61,347 nt of DNA from a virus (Duplodnaviria; Caudoviricetes): positions 1 to 61,347 of the IMG/VR virus record IMGVR_UViG_3300021519_000010; one strand, 5' to 3'. The position numbers and the translations under genes are program-made. This document shows, in pieces, positions 9,485 to 19,525 of the stretch (position 1 is its first letter; each line of letters opens with the position of its first letter). The notes beneath the pieces are model-generated. The model was given only the letters and a program-made list of their open reading frames with translations. It searched no databases and was not told the origin of the DNA.

Positions 9485-10108
9485 ATGAGTCGCAAAAATC
9501 AGATATCCCCGACAATGAAGCCGTTCCAAGTGTCTGGCTGGGCCGTTGGCGACCACTGCGAAGCGGCGCATGAAATCACCGCTGGCAGCGAGGGTGTATG
9601 CGCCGAAGGGACGCCGTTCAAAGTTCTCGGACTGAGCGGAAATGCACTGCATCCAATTGCGGTATGTAAGCGCGCCGACCCATATTGGGTGATCGCGGTG
9701 TCGGTTCGGGACATTCGGCCCGTTACGAGTACCCGCAACCGCAACCGCACCGTCGCCCTGATCAACAAGCGCCTATTCCCAATGGGCTTCCGGTATACCG
9801 GCATGTTCCCCGCCACGCCCCGCACGAGGGGCAAGTTCATCCGCTGGTACGGCACGCGCTGCCTGTACATTGATAGCGCGAACATGGGTGGTCGCAACAT
9901 CATCGGCGTGTTCAAGTTGACGCCCAAGCAGAAGCGCCTCTGGCTGAAGGATAAAGCTACGCTGGTACCGCCCGGTCACTGCGCCCCGTGCGCAGGAGAT
10001 CGTGAGCAGATCGGTGGGAAGCAGTTTCTCCAACTCCACGTCGGACCGATTACGGAGAAACGATTGCTGGAAGTAATCAAGTTCGCCACGGCTCGTCATA
10101 CAACTTGA
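9485..10108 (+). CDS. Hypothetical protein
   Basis: ORF; its stop codon lies within the next promoter's TTGACA. Confidence 0.5.
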   Translation: MSRKNQISPTMKPFQVSGWAVGDHCEAAHEITAGSEGVCAEGTPFKVLGLSGNALHPIAVCKRADPYWVIAVSVRDIRPVTSTRNRNRTVALINKRLFPMGFRYTGMFPATPRTRGKFIRWYGTRCLYIDSANMGGRNIIGVFKLTPKQKRLWLKDKATLVPPGHCAPCAGDREQIGGKQFLQLHVGPITEKRLLEVIKFATARHTT

Positions 10109-10133
10109 CAAGCGTTCGTTGCTGTGCTAACGT
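10105..10133 (+). promoter_or_regulatory. Early promoter, leaderless
   Basis: TTGACA-17-TAACGT-6-ATG(10140). Confidence 0.85.
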
Positions 10134-10139
10134 TCCTCC

Positions 10140-10382
10140 ATGACCACACTCCATTACGCTCCCAGCGCTGAGCGCGCCAACATTGGATGCAAGCCTCTTG
10201 GACGCGGGGCCGTTCCCAGTCCGACCATACAGGAGGAGGTTCGCCTGCATAAGCTTTACGTGGCCGACATGGCCGCACTGCCTCCTGCGAATACGCCGGA
10301 GAACGCCCGCCAACACCGCAGTGTTCTGATGCGTCATAACCCCGGTCTGGCGCAGACCTTCCGTGAACTCGGCCTTATCTAA
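10140..10382 (+). CDS. Hypothetical protein
   Basis: ORF behind promoter. Confidence 0.6.
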   Translation: MTTLHYAPSAERANIGCKPLGRGAVPSPTIQEEVRLHKLYVADMAALPPANTPENARQHRSVLMRHNPGLAQTFRELGLI

Positions 10383-10389
10383 TGCACCT

Positions 10390-10785
10390 ATGAACACACT
10401 CGCCTCCCGCTGTCAAGCCACCTGCGTTACCACTACCTTTGACCCACGGACTCATATACTGGCAGGCGTCCTACGCGGTGGTCGCTGGCAGATGTCGGTT
10501 AGCATAGTCTCCTCCACCAATGCAGTAATCGTTAGCCGTGATCGCTTGTTCAATCATCTGATCACCGCACGCAATCTTGCAATGCAGCCATACAGCACAC
10601 TGCTCATCGACGGCTTGCATCCTTTGACTGTTGGTCCAAGCCGGTGCCGGTTCATCATATATGGGGCTGGCTTCAATTTCTCGCATTACCATTCGACGAG
10701 AGGCCGTGGTCCGTGGAAGGAAGTCACGCAGCAGCAGTTTGCGAACCGCGCCATGGGCGTCATCATCACAACCTCGAACAGCTGA
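10390..10785 (+). CDS. Hypothetical protein
   Basis: ORF in operon. Confidence 0.5.
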   Translation: MNTLASRCQATCVTTTFDPRTHILAGVLRGGRWQMSVSIVSSTNAVIVSRDRLFNHLITARNLAMQPYSTLLIDGLHPLTVGPSRCRFIIYGAGFNFSHYHSTRGRGPWKEVTQQQFANRAMGVIITTSNS

Positions 10786-11368
10786 TGGATTATTTCTCAT
10801 CTGACTTTCATATCGGCCATGCCAGGGTCATGATTGGGATTGTGCGCCGTTTGCCACCATCAGGGACCATGATGAGACCATTATCGAGCGCGTGAACGCC
10901 TTGGGGCCGAAGGCACGGCTTTTCTTTCTCGGCGATATGACACTCAAGAGCGGACGGCAGTACCTCATCGACCTTATCGCCCGGTTCAAGGTGGAGTTGC
11001 ACATGATTTGGGGCAATCACGATGATGCGCTGAGGAAACTCTATATCGGCCACCCGGAGCTCTTCCCGAACATCAAGTCTGCGCATGATGTGCTCTACCT
11101 CCGCATCAACAAGCAGAAGATTTTCATGAGCCACTACTCGCACCGTTCGTGGAGGTCCCAGCATCATGGCTCGTGGCACCTCTTTGGGCACAGCCACGGA
11201 AAGCTCGACTCGCAACCGCACGGCAAATCGTTTGACGTCGGCCTGAACTCACACAGTTACCACCCAATTAGCCTCGGCCAGGTCGAGTCCATAATGTCGG
11301 CTCGGAACGTGGAGAGCTTTGACCACGGCGTGCGTGATCCTCAACCAACTCAACCAATTCAACCATGA
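10785..11368 (+). pseudogene. Calcineurin-like metallophosphoesterase, frameshifted near 10830
   Basis: FSSDFHIGH in one frame; DWDCAPF..LGD..GNHD..SHY..GHSHG in another. Confidence 0.75.
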
Positions 11369-11781
11369 ACACCAAGCACTTCTTCATCATCACCGCAGTT
11401 CTCGTCCTCCTCGTCGGGTTTTATACCCTCTGCATCAACCACGTTCCGGCCAACTCGGTCGGTGTGCAGTTCGACGCCATCTCTGGCGAGATCGCCACGC
11501 AGCCACACCCCGGCTTCTACGTGACCCATCCGTTCGTGAAGGCAACGTCCGTTTCCACGCTCGCCATGTCCGTCCACGTTCCCAGCAACGCCAAGGTGAT
11601 CAATACCAAGGTGGTCCGGCTGCGTCCGGATAAGGTGCTGGAGTTCGTCCGGATTCAAGGGTTCAGTTATGACCTCGGACGCGGATTGGGAGAACTGCTC
11701 ATGGGGTACGCGTTCTCCGGGCAGCAGTTCTCATTTCTCGAAATCATACAGGAGGGCGGGCTTGAAAGCTTCGGTAAGTAA
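11365..11781 (+). CDS. Membrane-anchored protein, SPFH/Band-7-like N-terminus
   Basis: TM helix, then VPANSVGV...PGFY..HPF. Confidence 0.5.
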   Translation: MNTKHFFIITAVLVLLVGFYTLCINHVPANSVGVQFDAISGEIATQPHPGFYVTHPFVKATSVSTLAMSVHVPSNAKVINTKVVRLRPDKVLEFVRIQGFSYDLGRGLGELLMGYAFSGQQFSFLEIIQEGGLESFGK

Positions 11782-12021
11782 GCTCGCCATTTGCGCGCTG
11801 GCCGTGTGGATGTGGGTGGCGACGTTATACCTCACACCGTCCGTGCGCATTTCGTGGCTGGCAGCGGCTGAAATTGTGCGTTATTACCACATCCACCTGG
11901 TTGCTATCTGGCCATTGGTTATCACCTTACAGGCAGTCATACTTGTCGCACTATTTAGCATTTTGTCATTGGCAGCGCATTCTTTCCACATCAACACCAA
12001 CACCAACACCAACCATCGTAA

Positions 12022-13224
12022 ATGAACATCGTCAACTGGCTCAAGGGCCGTTACCGCACGCACTCGCAGGCCGTCATCGTGTCCTGCTTTTACAACCCGA
12101 CCAACTCGCCGTACCGCCTCGCTGCCTTCAATCGCTGGTATGAGACCATCAAGCACATGCCGCACAGAATCGCGGAGTGTCTGATTGGCGGTCAGGCCGA
12201 GTCGCAGCTGCCGGATACGGAGTCCATTATCAAGATTCGGACGCCGAGCCTGCTCTGGCACAAGGAAGCTTTGCTCAACCGTTTGATCAAGGCTCTGCCG
12301 GATAAGTTCCGTTACGTGTTTTGGGTTGATGCCGACGTCATCTTTCTCAACCCCAGGTGGGTGACCGATTCCGTGCGCCTGCTTCAGACCGGCACAGCCA
12401 TCCTGCAGCCGTTCGAGTACTGCACGCACATGGAAAAGGGTCAGGAGACGGTTGACAGGCTGATGCTGATGTCCCGGCATGAGGAACTGAATAGCGTAAG
12501 ATTCTACGAACACGACCTGCCGAGCACCCCGGTGCCTGGTACCATGCGAACGTGGCGCAGCTTCGGTTCCAACTACGGAAACGGTCGGTCCTGGCGCAAC
12601 AACTACGACCAACATGGTCATGTTGGCTTTGCATGGGCCGCGCGTCGTGAGGTACTGGACCGAATCCCGCTCTTCGACAAGGGGCTTATCGGCGGGGCCG
12701 ACCACGTTATCGCCCACGCTGCCGCCGGTCACATTCCTCATGCCTGCATCCGCCGGGCGTTCGCCGATGACATCGAAGCCGTGGTCAAGTGGTCCTATGA
12801 ATTCCGTGATGCGTGTACGGCCTTCTCAGCCTCTAGCGGTCGCCGGGTTGGCTTCGTGGAGGGGGACCTGCTCCACATCTGGCATGGTGATCTCAAGGAT
12901 CGGCAGTACGCGCAACGGATCAAGGAGTTTACCGGTATGACCAAGAACGTTCATGCGCGTGATGTCAATGGCCTCTTCGTTACAAACGACCCGGTCACAC
13001 AAGCCTACACGCATTCGTACTTCCAGAAGCGCGACGTTATTCGCAGCAGACCGGACGCCGTTGCCTTCGGAGCCGGGGCGCTTGTGGGAGCCGCAATCGA
13101 GCACCCCATGCACCCAGCGCCTCCGGCCCCTGGTCACGGCGGAGACTTCGGTGGCGGCGGAGCCGGTGACTCAGACGGAGACGCGCCACAGGCAACCGCA
13201 ACCGATGTTGGCAACTTCTCTTAG
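12022..13224 (+). CDS. GT-A-fold glycosyltransferase-like protein
   Basis: WHKEALLN, FWVDADVIF (DxD), GGAD, HIWHG. Confidence 0.65.
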   Translation: MNIVNWLKGRYRTHSQAVIVSCFYNPTNSPYRLAAFNRWYETIKHMPHRIAECLIGGQAESQLPDTESIIKIRTPSLLWHKEALLNRLIKALPDKFRYVFWVDADVIFLNPRWVTDSVRLLQTGTAILQPFEYCTHMEKGQETVDRLMLMSRHEELNSVRFYEHDLPSTPVPGTMRTWRSFGSNYGNGRSWRNNYDQHGHVGFAWAARREVLDRIPLFDKGLIGGADHVIAHAAAGHIPHACIRRAFADDIEAVVKWSYEFRDACTAFSASSGRRVGFVEGDLLHIWHGDLKDRQYAQRIKEFTGMTKNVHARDVNGLFVTNDPVTQAYTHSYFQKRDVIRSRPDAVAFGAGALVGAAIEHPMHPAPPAPGHGGDFGGGGAGDSDGDAPQATATDVGNFS

Positions 13225-13227
13225 TAT

Positions 13228-13488
13228 ATGACCAACCCCAATGATAGTGCAGTCCCATTCGTTGATAATGCCGGTCCGAAGGACGGCGTTGAATACGGGT
13301 TCACCAAGCGAGAAGCTATTGCCAAAGGGATAATGGAAGCGATGATGATTAACCAGCCAATCGACATGTCTGCGCTCCATATGGCCGCAACCGCCGTGGC
13401 CAGAACGGATGCACTCATAGCCGCCCTCAACGTTGAGGACGTTGAGGACGTTGAGGATGAGGAGGCCGAGCCACTAACTGCTGACTGA
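13228..13488 (+). CDS. Hypothetical protein
   Basis: GFTKRE.IA...AVARTDALIAAL, a common phage pattern; VED x3 tandem. Confidence 0.6.
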   Translation: MTNPNDSAVPFVDNAGPKDGVEYGFTKREAIAKGIMEAMMINQPIDMSALHMAATAVARTDALIAALNVEDVEDVEDEEAEPLTAD

Positions 13489-13513
13489 CGCCAACAGATT
13501 ACGTATTTACGCT

Positions 13514-14464
13514 ATGCTTTCACTTGCCGATATTCTCCTTAGTGGCGGGTCTCCCGTCCGCGCACGAACCTCCGCTCAGCCCGCGTGGCGTTCCCGGCTG
13601 GCCGAGGCCGTGCAGACGCGGCGTCCCATCCAGTTCTCGTTTGATGAGGCGCGGGTGCTCACCCGCATTCTGGAACAGTACGATGCCGACCCGTTCAAAG
13701 GCGGGCCAACCGACTTCATGCAGGCAGACGACATGGCCATCATTGGTCTGAAGACACTGGAGGCCGGAGGCTCGGATGGATCATCCACGCATGAAGAACC
13801 GGCGCAGCCTGCCGCCAGAGCTGCTTCTGGCCTAATCAGCGTGGAGAACGCCATTGTCGCCCCGTCTGCCACACCCGGTGGACACGAGGACATTCCGGCC
13901 TCCGTGATTTCAACCCTTGCCGTTTTGCACTCGGACGACGAGGCCAGGCCCGTTACCGAGATTCCCGACGCCAAGCCGCCGGTGGCACGCGTTCCAGCGC
14001 AGCATCGCGCCCCGGCTCCGCCAGCAGGCGAAGGGCCAATTCCGAGTGGGCTTCCGAAACCCGGCCTCTCCCCCGAAGACGAGGCTGAAGTGATTGAAAG
14101 CCTGCGGCTGGACCGGGAGCAGGCCATCCAGCGTACCCTGATGGAGCGCATGGGCGGTGGTAGTGCACGTGTCAACCTGCAGGAGGCTGCCGCATTCGCC
14201 GAGTCCACATCGGACGGCGTACCACACCCAGTGGACTTTGTGCGCAAGTTTCGCAAGAGCAAACAAAAGCTGACAGAGGGGAACCATTCGCAACGCGGAG
14301 GTGGAGCCACGCCGCCTCGTCGCCGCCCCACCGGAGGCTCCAATGTGCTTGACGTGCCCGGAGCCAGCACGACGCCCGCCAACACGGCGGCATTGGTGCA
14401 GAGGGCACAGGAAAGAGCCGGAGCGCTTGGGTTTGATGATCCGGAAGATCGCCCACGCTTCTAA
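13514..14464 (+). CDS. Low-complexity putative head-internal protein with many E| sites
   Basis: MLSLADILL start; RLAE|A, LQE|A, FAE|S, KLTE|G; TACGTATT upstream. Confidence 0.55.
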   Translation: MLSLADILLSGGSPVRARTSAQPAWRSRLAEAVQTRRPIQFSFDEARVLTRILEQYDADPFKGGPTDFMQADDMAIIGLKTLEAGGSDGSSTHEEPAQPAARAASGLISVENAIVAPSATPGGHEDIPASVISTLAVLHSDDEARPVTEIPDAKPPVARVPAQHRAPAPPAGEGPIPSGLPKPGLSPEDEAEVIESLRLDREQAIQRTLMERMGGGSARVNLQEAAAFAESTSDGVPHPVDFVRKFRKSKQKLTEGNHSQRGGGATPPRRRPTGGSNVLDVPGASTTPANTAALVQRAQERAGALGFDDPEDRPRF

Positions 14465-15579
14465 TGACGCCGTCACGCTTCATCAGTCTGGTTAGTATTG
14501 ATGAGGCCGTTATGCCTCCAAGGTCGGCGCTCGATGCACAGTACGCATCGTCCAATGCCGAGCACGGGTGGCAAACTGCCACGGTGTGGATGGATCGAGG
14601 CGGAATCCTGCGCGTTGATAGTACGACGCCAAACGGACCAGATCGACAAACAGGTTTGCGCGCAAGCGTGAATTTATGGCCGGAGACAAAGCAGATCGAT
14701 CCCGGTTATCGAAATCGACCCACCGGCAACACTGTCTCACCGGCCATGCACCAACTCGTGGCTGCGCTTTTGAAGGCCGGATGGGTTGACGCTACATGGA
14801 GCATTCGTGGTGAAACCATCAGTTATTACCTTGGCGGCACGTACTCTTATCGAGCCAACCCGCTTGCGCCGAGCTTAGCAGACTGGCATAAGGTTATCCG
14901 ATTTGATGCCACCACCATAAACCTTCAGTTGTTTCACGGCACGTCCAGTCTTGAACTTCCGGCAATTCTGCAAAATGGCATGCGCTCGCTCGGGAGCCGT
15001 GGTGGAACTGGGCAAGCCAGTGTGAACACTCGTTTACGTGCTGACTGGAACAAGGAACACACCTATTTGGCTACGAAACTGGAAGGAGCCTGGGGATATG
15101 CAAAGCACCGGGCGCTAGATATGTGGCGCAAGACCAACCGGAGTGGTTACGAATACGGGCAGTACCGGGAATGGGAACAGTGGGAGGTGCAGCCCGTGGT
15201 TCTTATTGTTACCGTACCAGACATGTCGCGGTTGCGCGCTGATGATGACATCATCATCACGGCCATTAAGAAGCGAGCTGAGGCGCTCTGGGGAAAGATG
15301 TCGGCGGAGGCACGGGAGGATCAGAAGGCAATGATGCGGCAGTGGTTTCCGAAGCACGCGGGGTTTCAGATCAAGGAAAATGATATGTCAGCATGGTATT
15401 GGGTTATGACGGATGCTGGTATGCAGACAGTTATGGACTCAATGCCTATGGAAAGGCTGGCAGCTGCTTGGAAAGCATCGATTCGGCGCAACGATCAAGT
15501 AGCATACGCTGGAGTCATTCCGCCAAGTCATCTGAAGGTGATGGATCTTCGCGACGTTACCACAAAGCGTTCCGTCTGA
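14464..15579 (+). CDS. Leader-tagged ADP-ribosyltransferase-fold protein
   Basis: MTPSRFISLVSIDE|A; LFHGTS...ILQNG...TYLA...A.GYA...PVVL.V. Confidence 0.6.
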   Translation: MTPSRFISLVSIDEAVMPPRSALDAQYASSNAEHGWQTATVWMDRGGILRVDSTTPNGPDRQTGLRASVNLWPETKQIDPGYRNRPTGNTVSPAMHQLVAALLKAGWVDATWSIRGETISYYLGGTYSYRANPLAPSLADWHKVIRFDATTINLQLFHGTSSLELPAILQNGMRSLGSRGGTGQASVNTRLRADWNKEHTYLATKLEGAWGYAKHRALDMWRKTNRSGYEYGQYREWEQWEVQPVVLIVTVPDMSRLRADDDIIITAIKKRAEALWGKMSAEAREDQKAMMRQWFPKHAGFQIKENDMSAWYWVMTDAGMQTVMDSMPMERLAAAWKASIRRNDQVAYAGVIPPSHLKVMDLRDVTTKRSV

Positions 15580-15580
15580 C

Positions 15581-15916
15581 ATGATCGAGGTGCTCACCGG
15601 ATCCCCACGCATGGTCCACAATGCGTACCTCGACCTGCTCATCGCGACCAAATGCGGACCATGCAGCGACGGTGAGTCGTGGGTGGCGGTGTTACGCGAC
15701 GACATGATCATCATCGCCGTCAGCAGTGGGTTCCCCGGAGATAACGAGTTCATCGTCGCCGCTGTCCGAAACGGCCAGATCGTTACACCGCTGCCGGGCG
15801 CATTGGTACAGCTCGCGCGAATGATGCCGACCGTGCACGCGAGCGCACCGGACTTGACACCGGAGATGCAGAAGGCGCTCCGGGTGGTGCACAGGCACCT
15901 GAAAGCTGGCGTCTGA
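15581..15916 (+). CDS. Hypothetical protein
   Basis: ORF. Confidence 0.5.
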   Translation: MIEVLTGSPRMVHNAYLDLLIATKCGPCSDGESWVAVLRDDMIIIAVSSGFPGDNEFIVAAVRNGQIVTPLPGALVQLARMMPTVHASAPDLTPEMQKALRVVHRHLKAGV

Positions 15917-15958
15917 AGGGATTAAAAGAAAGGACTACGTCTAACCCTACGTATTCAC

Positions 15959-16198
15959 ATGAACGCCAAGACCATCGAACGCCTCGCTGAGGAAGCCAAG
16001 AACCCGGACGAACTCCTCCGCAAGCTTTGCGAGGACATCAATCTGACCAACGGTCAGAAGGTGTACACCGTGCACGGCATGGGGCAATCGTCCGTCATTG
16101 GCACCTTCCAAGGCCTGACCAACGGCGGTATGGCCAAGGTGAAGAACCCAACCGGCACGTACACCGTCGCCGCGCACCTCGTCTTCCCCAAGCGCTAA
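15959..16198 (+). CDS. Small hypothetical protein
   Basis: Codon usage resembling the capsid gene; TACGTATT upstream. Confidence 0.65.
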   Translation: MNAKTIERLAEEAKNPDELLRKLCEDINLTNGQKVYTVHGMGQSSVIGTFQGLTNGGMAKVKNPTGTYTVAAHLVFPKR

Positions 16199-16201
16199 GG
16201 T

Positions 16202-16510
16202 ATGGGCAAGACTCTGGTAGAAATGCTGCTCGAGGCTCCGATGGAGACGCACCCGTCCGCATTCGAGTCTGGTAAAGTATTCGTGATCATGGATACAGCT
16301 GATGGGCGGTACATTACGCGTGGCACCGGAACGGCCCAGCTGGTGAGAACCCTGCCACAGCCGGAGCGTGCGACATTGTACCCGGACTTGCATGGTGCAA
16401 TTACCGGAGCACGCATTGCACAGAACCGCGACGCAAACCTCGGCGAGCTTCTTATCTGCCCGGTACAACTACACGTCGGCAGTCCGGTAAAGTCGATTCA
16501 GCGGAAATAA
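16202..16510 (+). CDS. Hypothetical protein with type-2 leader
   Basis: MGKTLVEMLLE|A. Confidence 0.6.
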   Translation: MGKTLVEMLLEAPMETHPSAFESGKVFVIMDTADGRYITRGTGTAQLVRTLPQPERATLYPDLHGAITGARIAQNRDANLGELLICPVQLHVGSPVKSIQRK

Positions 16511-16514
16511 CTCT

Positions 16515-17048
16515 ATGAGGCCGCGCGCCTTCATGGGGATGGTGGAATCACCAGAGGTGTGGTACCACGGGCGCACAACACAGTCCACAGCCTTTGACCT
16601 GGAACGCACCGGACAAGGAAACGATCAAGAAGGGCCTGGGTTTTACTTCACCAGCGACTTGGCTGATGCTCGCGGGTACGCGTGGCCAGACGGCATTGTT
16701 ATAACGGCAGAACTCACGCCACGCAGGCTGGTTAGTTCTGCCAGCCGTGCGCACATTACTGATCTAATTAAGGCGGCTCCAGAGCTCGAAATGAAGCTTG
16801 CAGACTGGGACGAGAACCCGGATGCAGCCATGCGCGCAGCGGTTGCCAGCTGCGTCGAAGATGAATACCCGTACCAGCAGGTTTGGGTATCCTTCTACCG
16901 ATATAATCCAGCGGAGTACCTGCGGGAGATGGTTAAGCTTGGGTTTGACGGGCACGAGGCCACATGGTTGTCCTCAGGAGTGCGGCACATGATCGTTTAT
17001 AACCCCGCATGCATCAAAGTGCTCTCTATGGAGCGGCACACTTCATAG
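16515..17048 (+). CDS. Leader-tagged ADP-ribosyltransferase (ART-PolyVal-like)
   Basis: MRPRAFMGMVE|S; WYHG..FD..GPGFYFT..A.GYA..GFDG..IVYNP..IK. Confidence 0.7.
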   Translation: MRPRAFMGMVESPEVWYHGRTTQSTAFDLERTGQGNDQEGPGFYFTSDLADARGYAWPDGIVITAELTPRRLVSSASRAHITDLIKAAPELEMKLADWDENPDAAMRAAVASCVEDEYPYQQVWVSFYRYNPAEYLREMVKLGFDGHEATWLSSGVRHMIVYNPACIKVLSMERHTS

Positions 17049-17050
17049 TC

Positions 17051-17806
17051 ATGAACCTTCTTCAAACCATCCGATCACTGGCTCCGCTGCTGGCATCAGT
17101 TGCGCAGGCAGAATATGATGCATGGGAGGTTGATGCGGGTGGCATGGACCCGGAAATTGGTGAGGGTGGAATTTGCGACCGCGTCGCCGACGCCATGGGT
17201 ACCGTTCTGGCGCAGCACGGTATCGACGTTACGGAGGGCGGGCAGGATGGCGACGACCACGCCTTCTTGTACGCTTACAATGAGACTGAGGCCGTGGAAG
17301 TCGATATTCCGCCGGGCGTTTATGAAACCGGCAGTGGGTACAGCTGGAAGAAGCGCCTCGGCGTCACCATTGGTGCGGACGATGTGATGATCAATCCGGT
17401 TCGCCGCGAGGACATTCTAGGCGAGTCCGTCGACTCGACGGGCTTCAACATTGAAAGAGTTTTTCTTAATCGCATTGGGCCAATGGAGTTATATGTCGTG
17501 CGTGATCCGGAGTTTACCGGAAGCAAAATCGACATGGGTATGGCAGACCAGCATAACATCATTGGGTTTGTTCGGTTAATTCTCTGGAATAAGGGGCAAG
17601 TGGATGTAGATAAAATTTGGACCCATCCGGACTACCGGCGGAGAGGCATCGGCACCGCGCTCATGAATCGAGTACGTGCAGACCACCACAATATTGCCCT
17701 ACCAATTGTGACGCGGATGGGTGCACCGTTCTTTCGCAGCCTCGGAATGGTGAGTGAAGCCTTGACACCTACGCAGTTTATGCAGATGGTTGAGGCTAAT
17801 TGTTAG
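17051..17806 (+). CDS. Polyprotein: Cys-His-Asp domain, GNAT, stranded C-terminal leader
   Basis: GICD..DHAF..VDI; ILGE|S; PDYRRRGIGTALM; LTPTQFMQMVE|ANC*. Confidence 0.6.
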   Translation: MNLLQTIRSLAPLLASVAQAEYDAWEVDAGGMDPEIGEGGICDRVADAMGTVLAQHGIDVTEGGQDGDDHAFLYAYNETEAVEVDIPPGVYETGSGYSWKKRLGVTIGADDVMINPVRREDILGESVDSTGFNIERVFLNRIGPMELYVVRDPEFTGSKIDMGMADQHNIIGFVRLILWNKGQVDVDKIWTHPDYRRRGIGTALMNRVRADHHNIALPIVTRMGAPFFRSLGMVSEALTPTQFMQMVEANC

Positions 17807-17807
17807 C

Positions 17808-18167
17808 ATGAGCAACCTTACCCCTGTTCCATTCGTTTATCGTGCCACCGTTACCGGCGTCCACGACGGAGACACGGTGACCATCACCATCGACCTCGGA
17901 TTCGACACCGCGCTGGTGGGCAAGGCCGTACGGCTTGCGGGCATCAACGCCCCGGAGCTGCGCACGCCAGCCGGTAAAGCCGCTCAACAGTGGCTTTGCA
18001 GCCGTCTGGTTGGCAAGGTCATCACACTGCAAAGCTTCAAGGACAAGACCGAGAAGTATGGTCGCATTCTCGGCGACATCTGGCTGGACGGCGTCCACAT
18101 CAACGAGGAAATTGTATCCGCCGGACATGCCGTGGTCTGGAATGGCAAGGGCGTTCGTCCTGTTTAA
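17808..18167 (+). CDS. Thermonuclease (SNase family)
   Basis: VHDGDTV, VRLAGINAPE, EKYGRILG. Confidence 0.9.
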   Translation: MSNLTPVPFVYRATVTGVHDGDTVTITIDLGFDTALVGKAVRLAGINAPELRTPAGKAAQQWLCSRLVGKVITLQSFKDKTEKYGRILGDIWLDGVHINEEIVSAGHAVVWNGKGVRPV

Positions 18168-18172
18168 CCGCT

Positions 18173-18625
18173 ATGACGCCCGCCCGATTCATGGTGCTGC
18201 TCGAGAAAGAATCCAATCAAATGCTTTCGACTTTAGTCGCTCAAGATCAGAGCGAACGAAAATCCTATCAGGCTTTCGTAAAGACTAAAGCGAATGGCGA
18301 TTGGCAGAAGGGTGCTCAGATGTATGCTAAGTTGCGTAATAGAGACGCCGATGACATCTTTGGCGAGAAGGATCGTTTGCAAAAATTCATTGGAGTGAAG
18401 TTTGATTTCGAAACATTCACTCCAGATGACTGGAACAATTACTGGCTCCTGGCTCAGCACTGCGATCATGATAGGCAATTTCAACAAAAAGCCTTGAATG
18501 CGATTGTCAAATACATAGGCAAAGAAAGTGGAGAATTCAAGTATCTGAGCGATCGAATCAGTTGCGGATTGAATGGAACACAAAAATACGGAACACAGGA
18601 TATCTGTGATAAAGACTCTCGATGA
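18173..18625 (+). CDS. Leader-tagged DUF6624-like protein, AT-rich body
   Basis: MTPARFMVLLE|K; WLLAQHCD..FQ..AL..YLSDR..QKYGTQ. Confidence 0.6.
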   Translation: MTPARFMVLLEKESNQMLSTLVAQDQSERKSYQAFVKTKANGDWQKGAQMYAKLRNRDADDIFGEKDRLQKFIGVKFDFETFTPDDWNNYWLLAQHCDHDRQFQQKALNAIVKYIGKESGEFKYLSDRISCGLNGTQKYGTQDICDKDSR

Positions 18626-18725
18626 GCAGTGGGAGCGGATCATCTAGCTCGGGTGGCGGAAGCTGGGGTGGCGGAAGCTTCGGCGGTAGGGGAGCCGGAG
18701 GGTCTGATTAGCGTTCCTTCACGCA

Positions 18726-19451
18726 ATGACACCCGAACAAAACGAGGAACGCCGCTGGATGATCGCCAATCTGCGCCAGCACTTTCCTGGCGCGACCATC
18801 GAGATTCCAGAGGACGGCCTGATGACCATCAACGGGGAGCCACTGCCTATTGATCGGGCCGACCGAGTGTTTGCTACCAATCGTGCTTCCATGGCTAAGG
18901 AGGATATGCTCACCGCCCTTATCCCGGAGGTTGCTGGTTTTTTGACGGAGCAGAATGATGAAGTGCAACGGGCCGCGCGTTTGCGAATGATTCGCACATC
19001 AATGCCGGAGCCAAAGCTGCTGGAACGATCTCCGGAGGAACAGCTGCTGGTGAAGTCCGGCATGGAGCTTGCGCGGAATCCGGACGGCACCCCAGCGATG
19101 GTGAACGGGATGCCGGTGCTAGTACCAGCGGGTATGGGAACAAACCCGAACGTCCACAAGAGCCTCGCTTTGTTGCAGGAGGACAACAAGGACATGATGC
19201 CGGAGACGCGCATTCATAAGCTGGTTGGGGTGTCCGACATGTCCTTGCTCATCGACACGGATAAGACGGATGAAGAGCTTATTGCGGACGGAATTCCCGT
19301 AACCAGCATCGGGTATGGTACACTCAAGGTGGACGGCAAGGAGAAGGTGCTGGAGGCCGAAGTTATCAATGAACAGCGGGAGGGGCTGCTGCGCGGACGC
19401 CCGGATAATGAGGACAGCCCGGCCACGGTTGGAGGGGTGCGCCTTGGATGA
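18726..19451 (+). CDS. Hypothetical protein
   Basis: 241-aa ORF. Confidence 0.6.
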   Translation: MTPEQNEERRWMIANLRQHFPGATIEIPEDGLMTINGEPLPIDRADRVFATNRASMAKEDMLTALIPEVAGFLTEQNDEVQRAARLRMIRTSMPEPKLLERSPEEQLLVKSGMELARNPDGTPAMVNGMPVLVPAGMGTNPNVHKSLALLQEDNKDMMPETRIHKLVGVSDMSLLIDTDKTDEELIADGIPVTSIGYGTLKVDGKEKVLEAEVINEQREGLLRGRPDNEDSPATVGGVRLG

Positions 19452-19525
19452 GCGGACGCCATATGTGCGGTTTCGGACGCTGCTGGATCAACGCCGAACT
19501 CTTATTGTGCGGAAGAGTGATTGGC

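Noticed and set aside
10389-10417. Minus-strand TTGACA promoter
   Set aside because: No TANNNT at the right spacing; lies inside a plus-strand gene.
18726-18758. MTPE.. starts (18726, 7050, 41154) and MTPSLD (2298) as leader members
   Set aside because: They lack F6 and E11.
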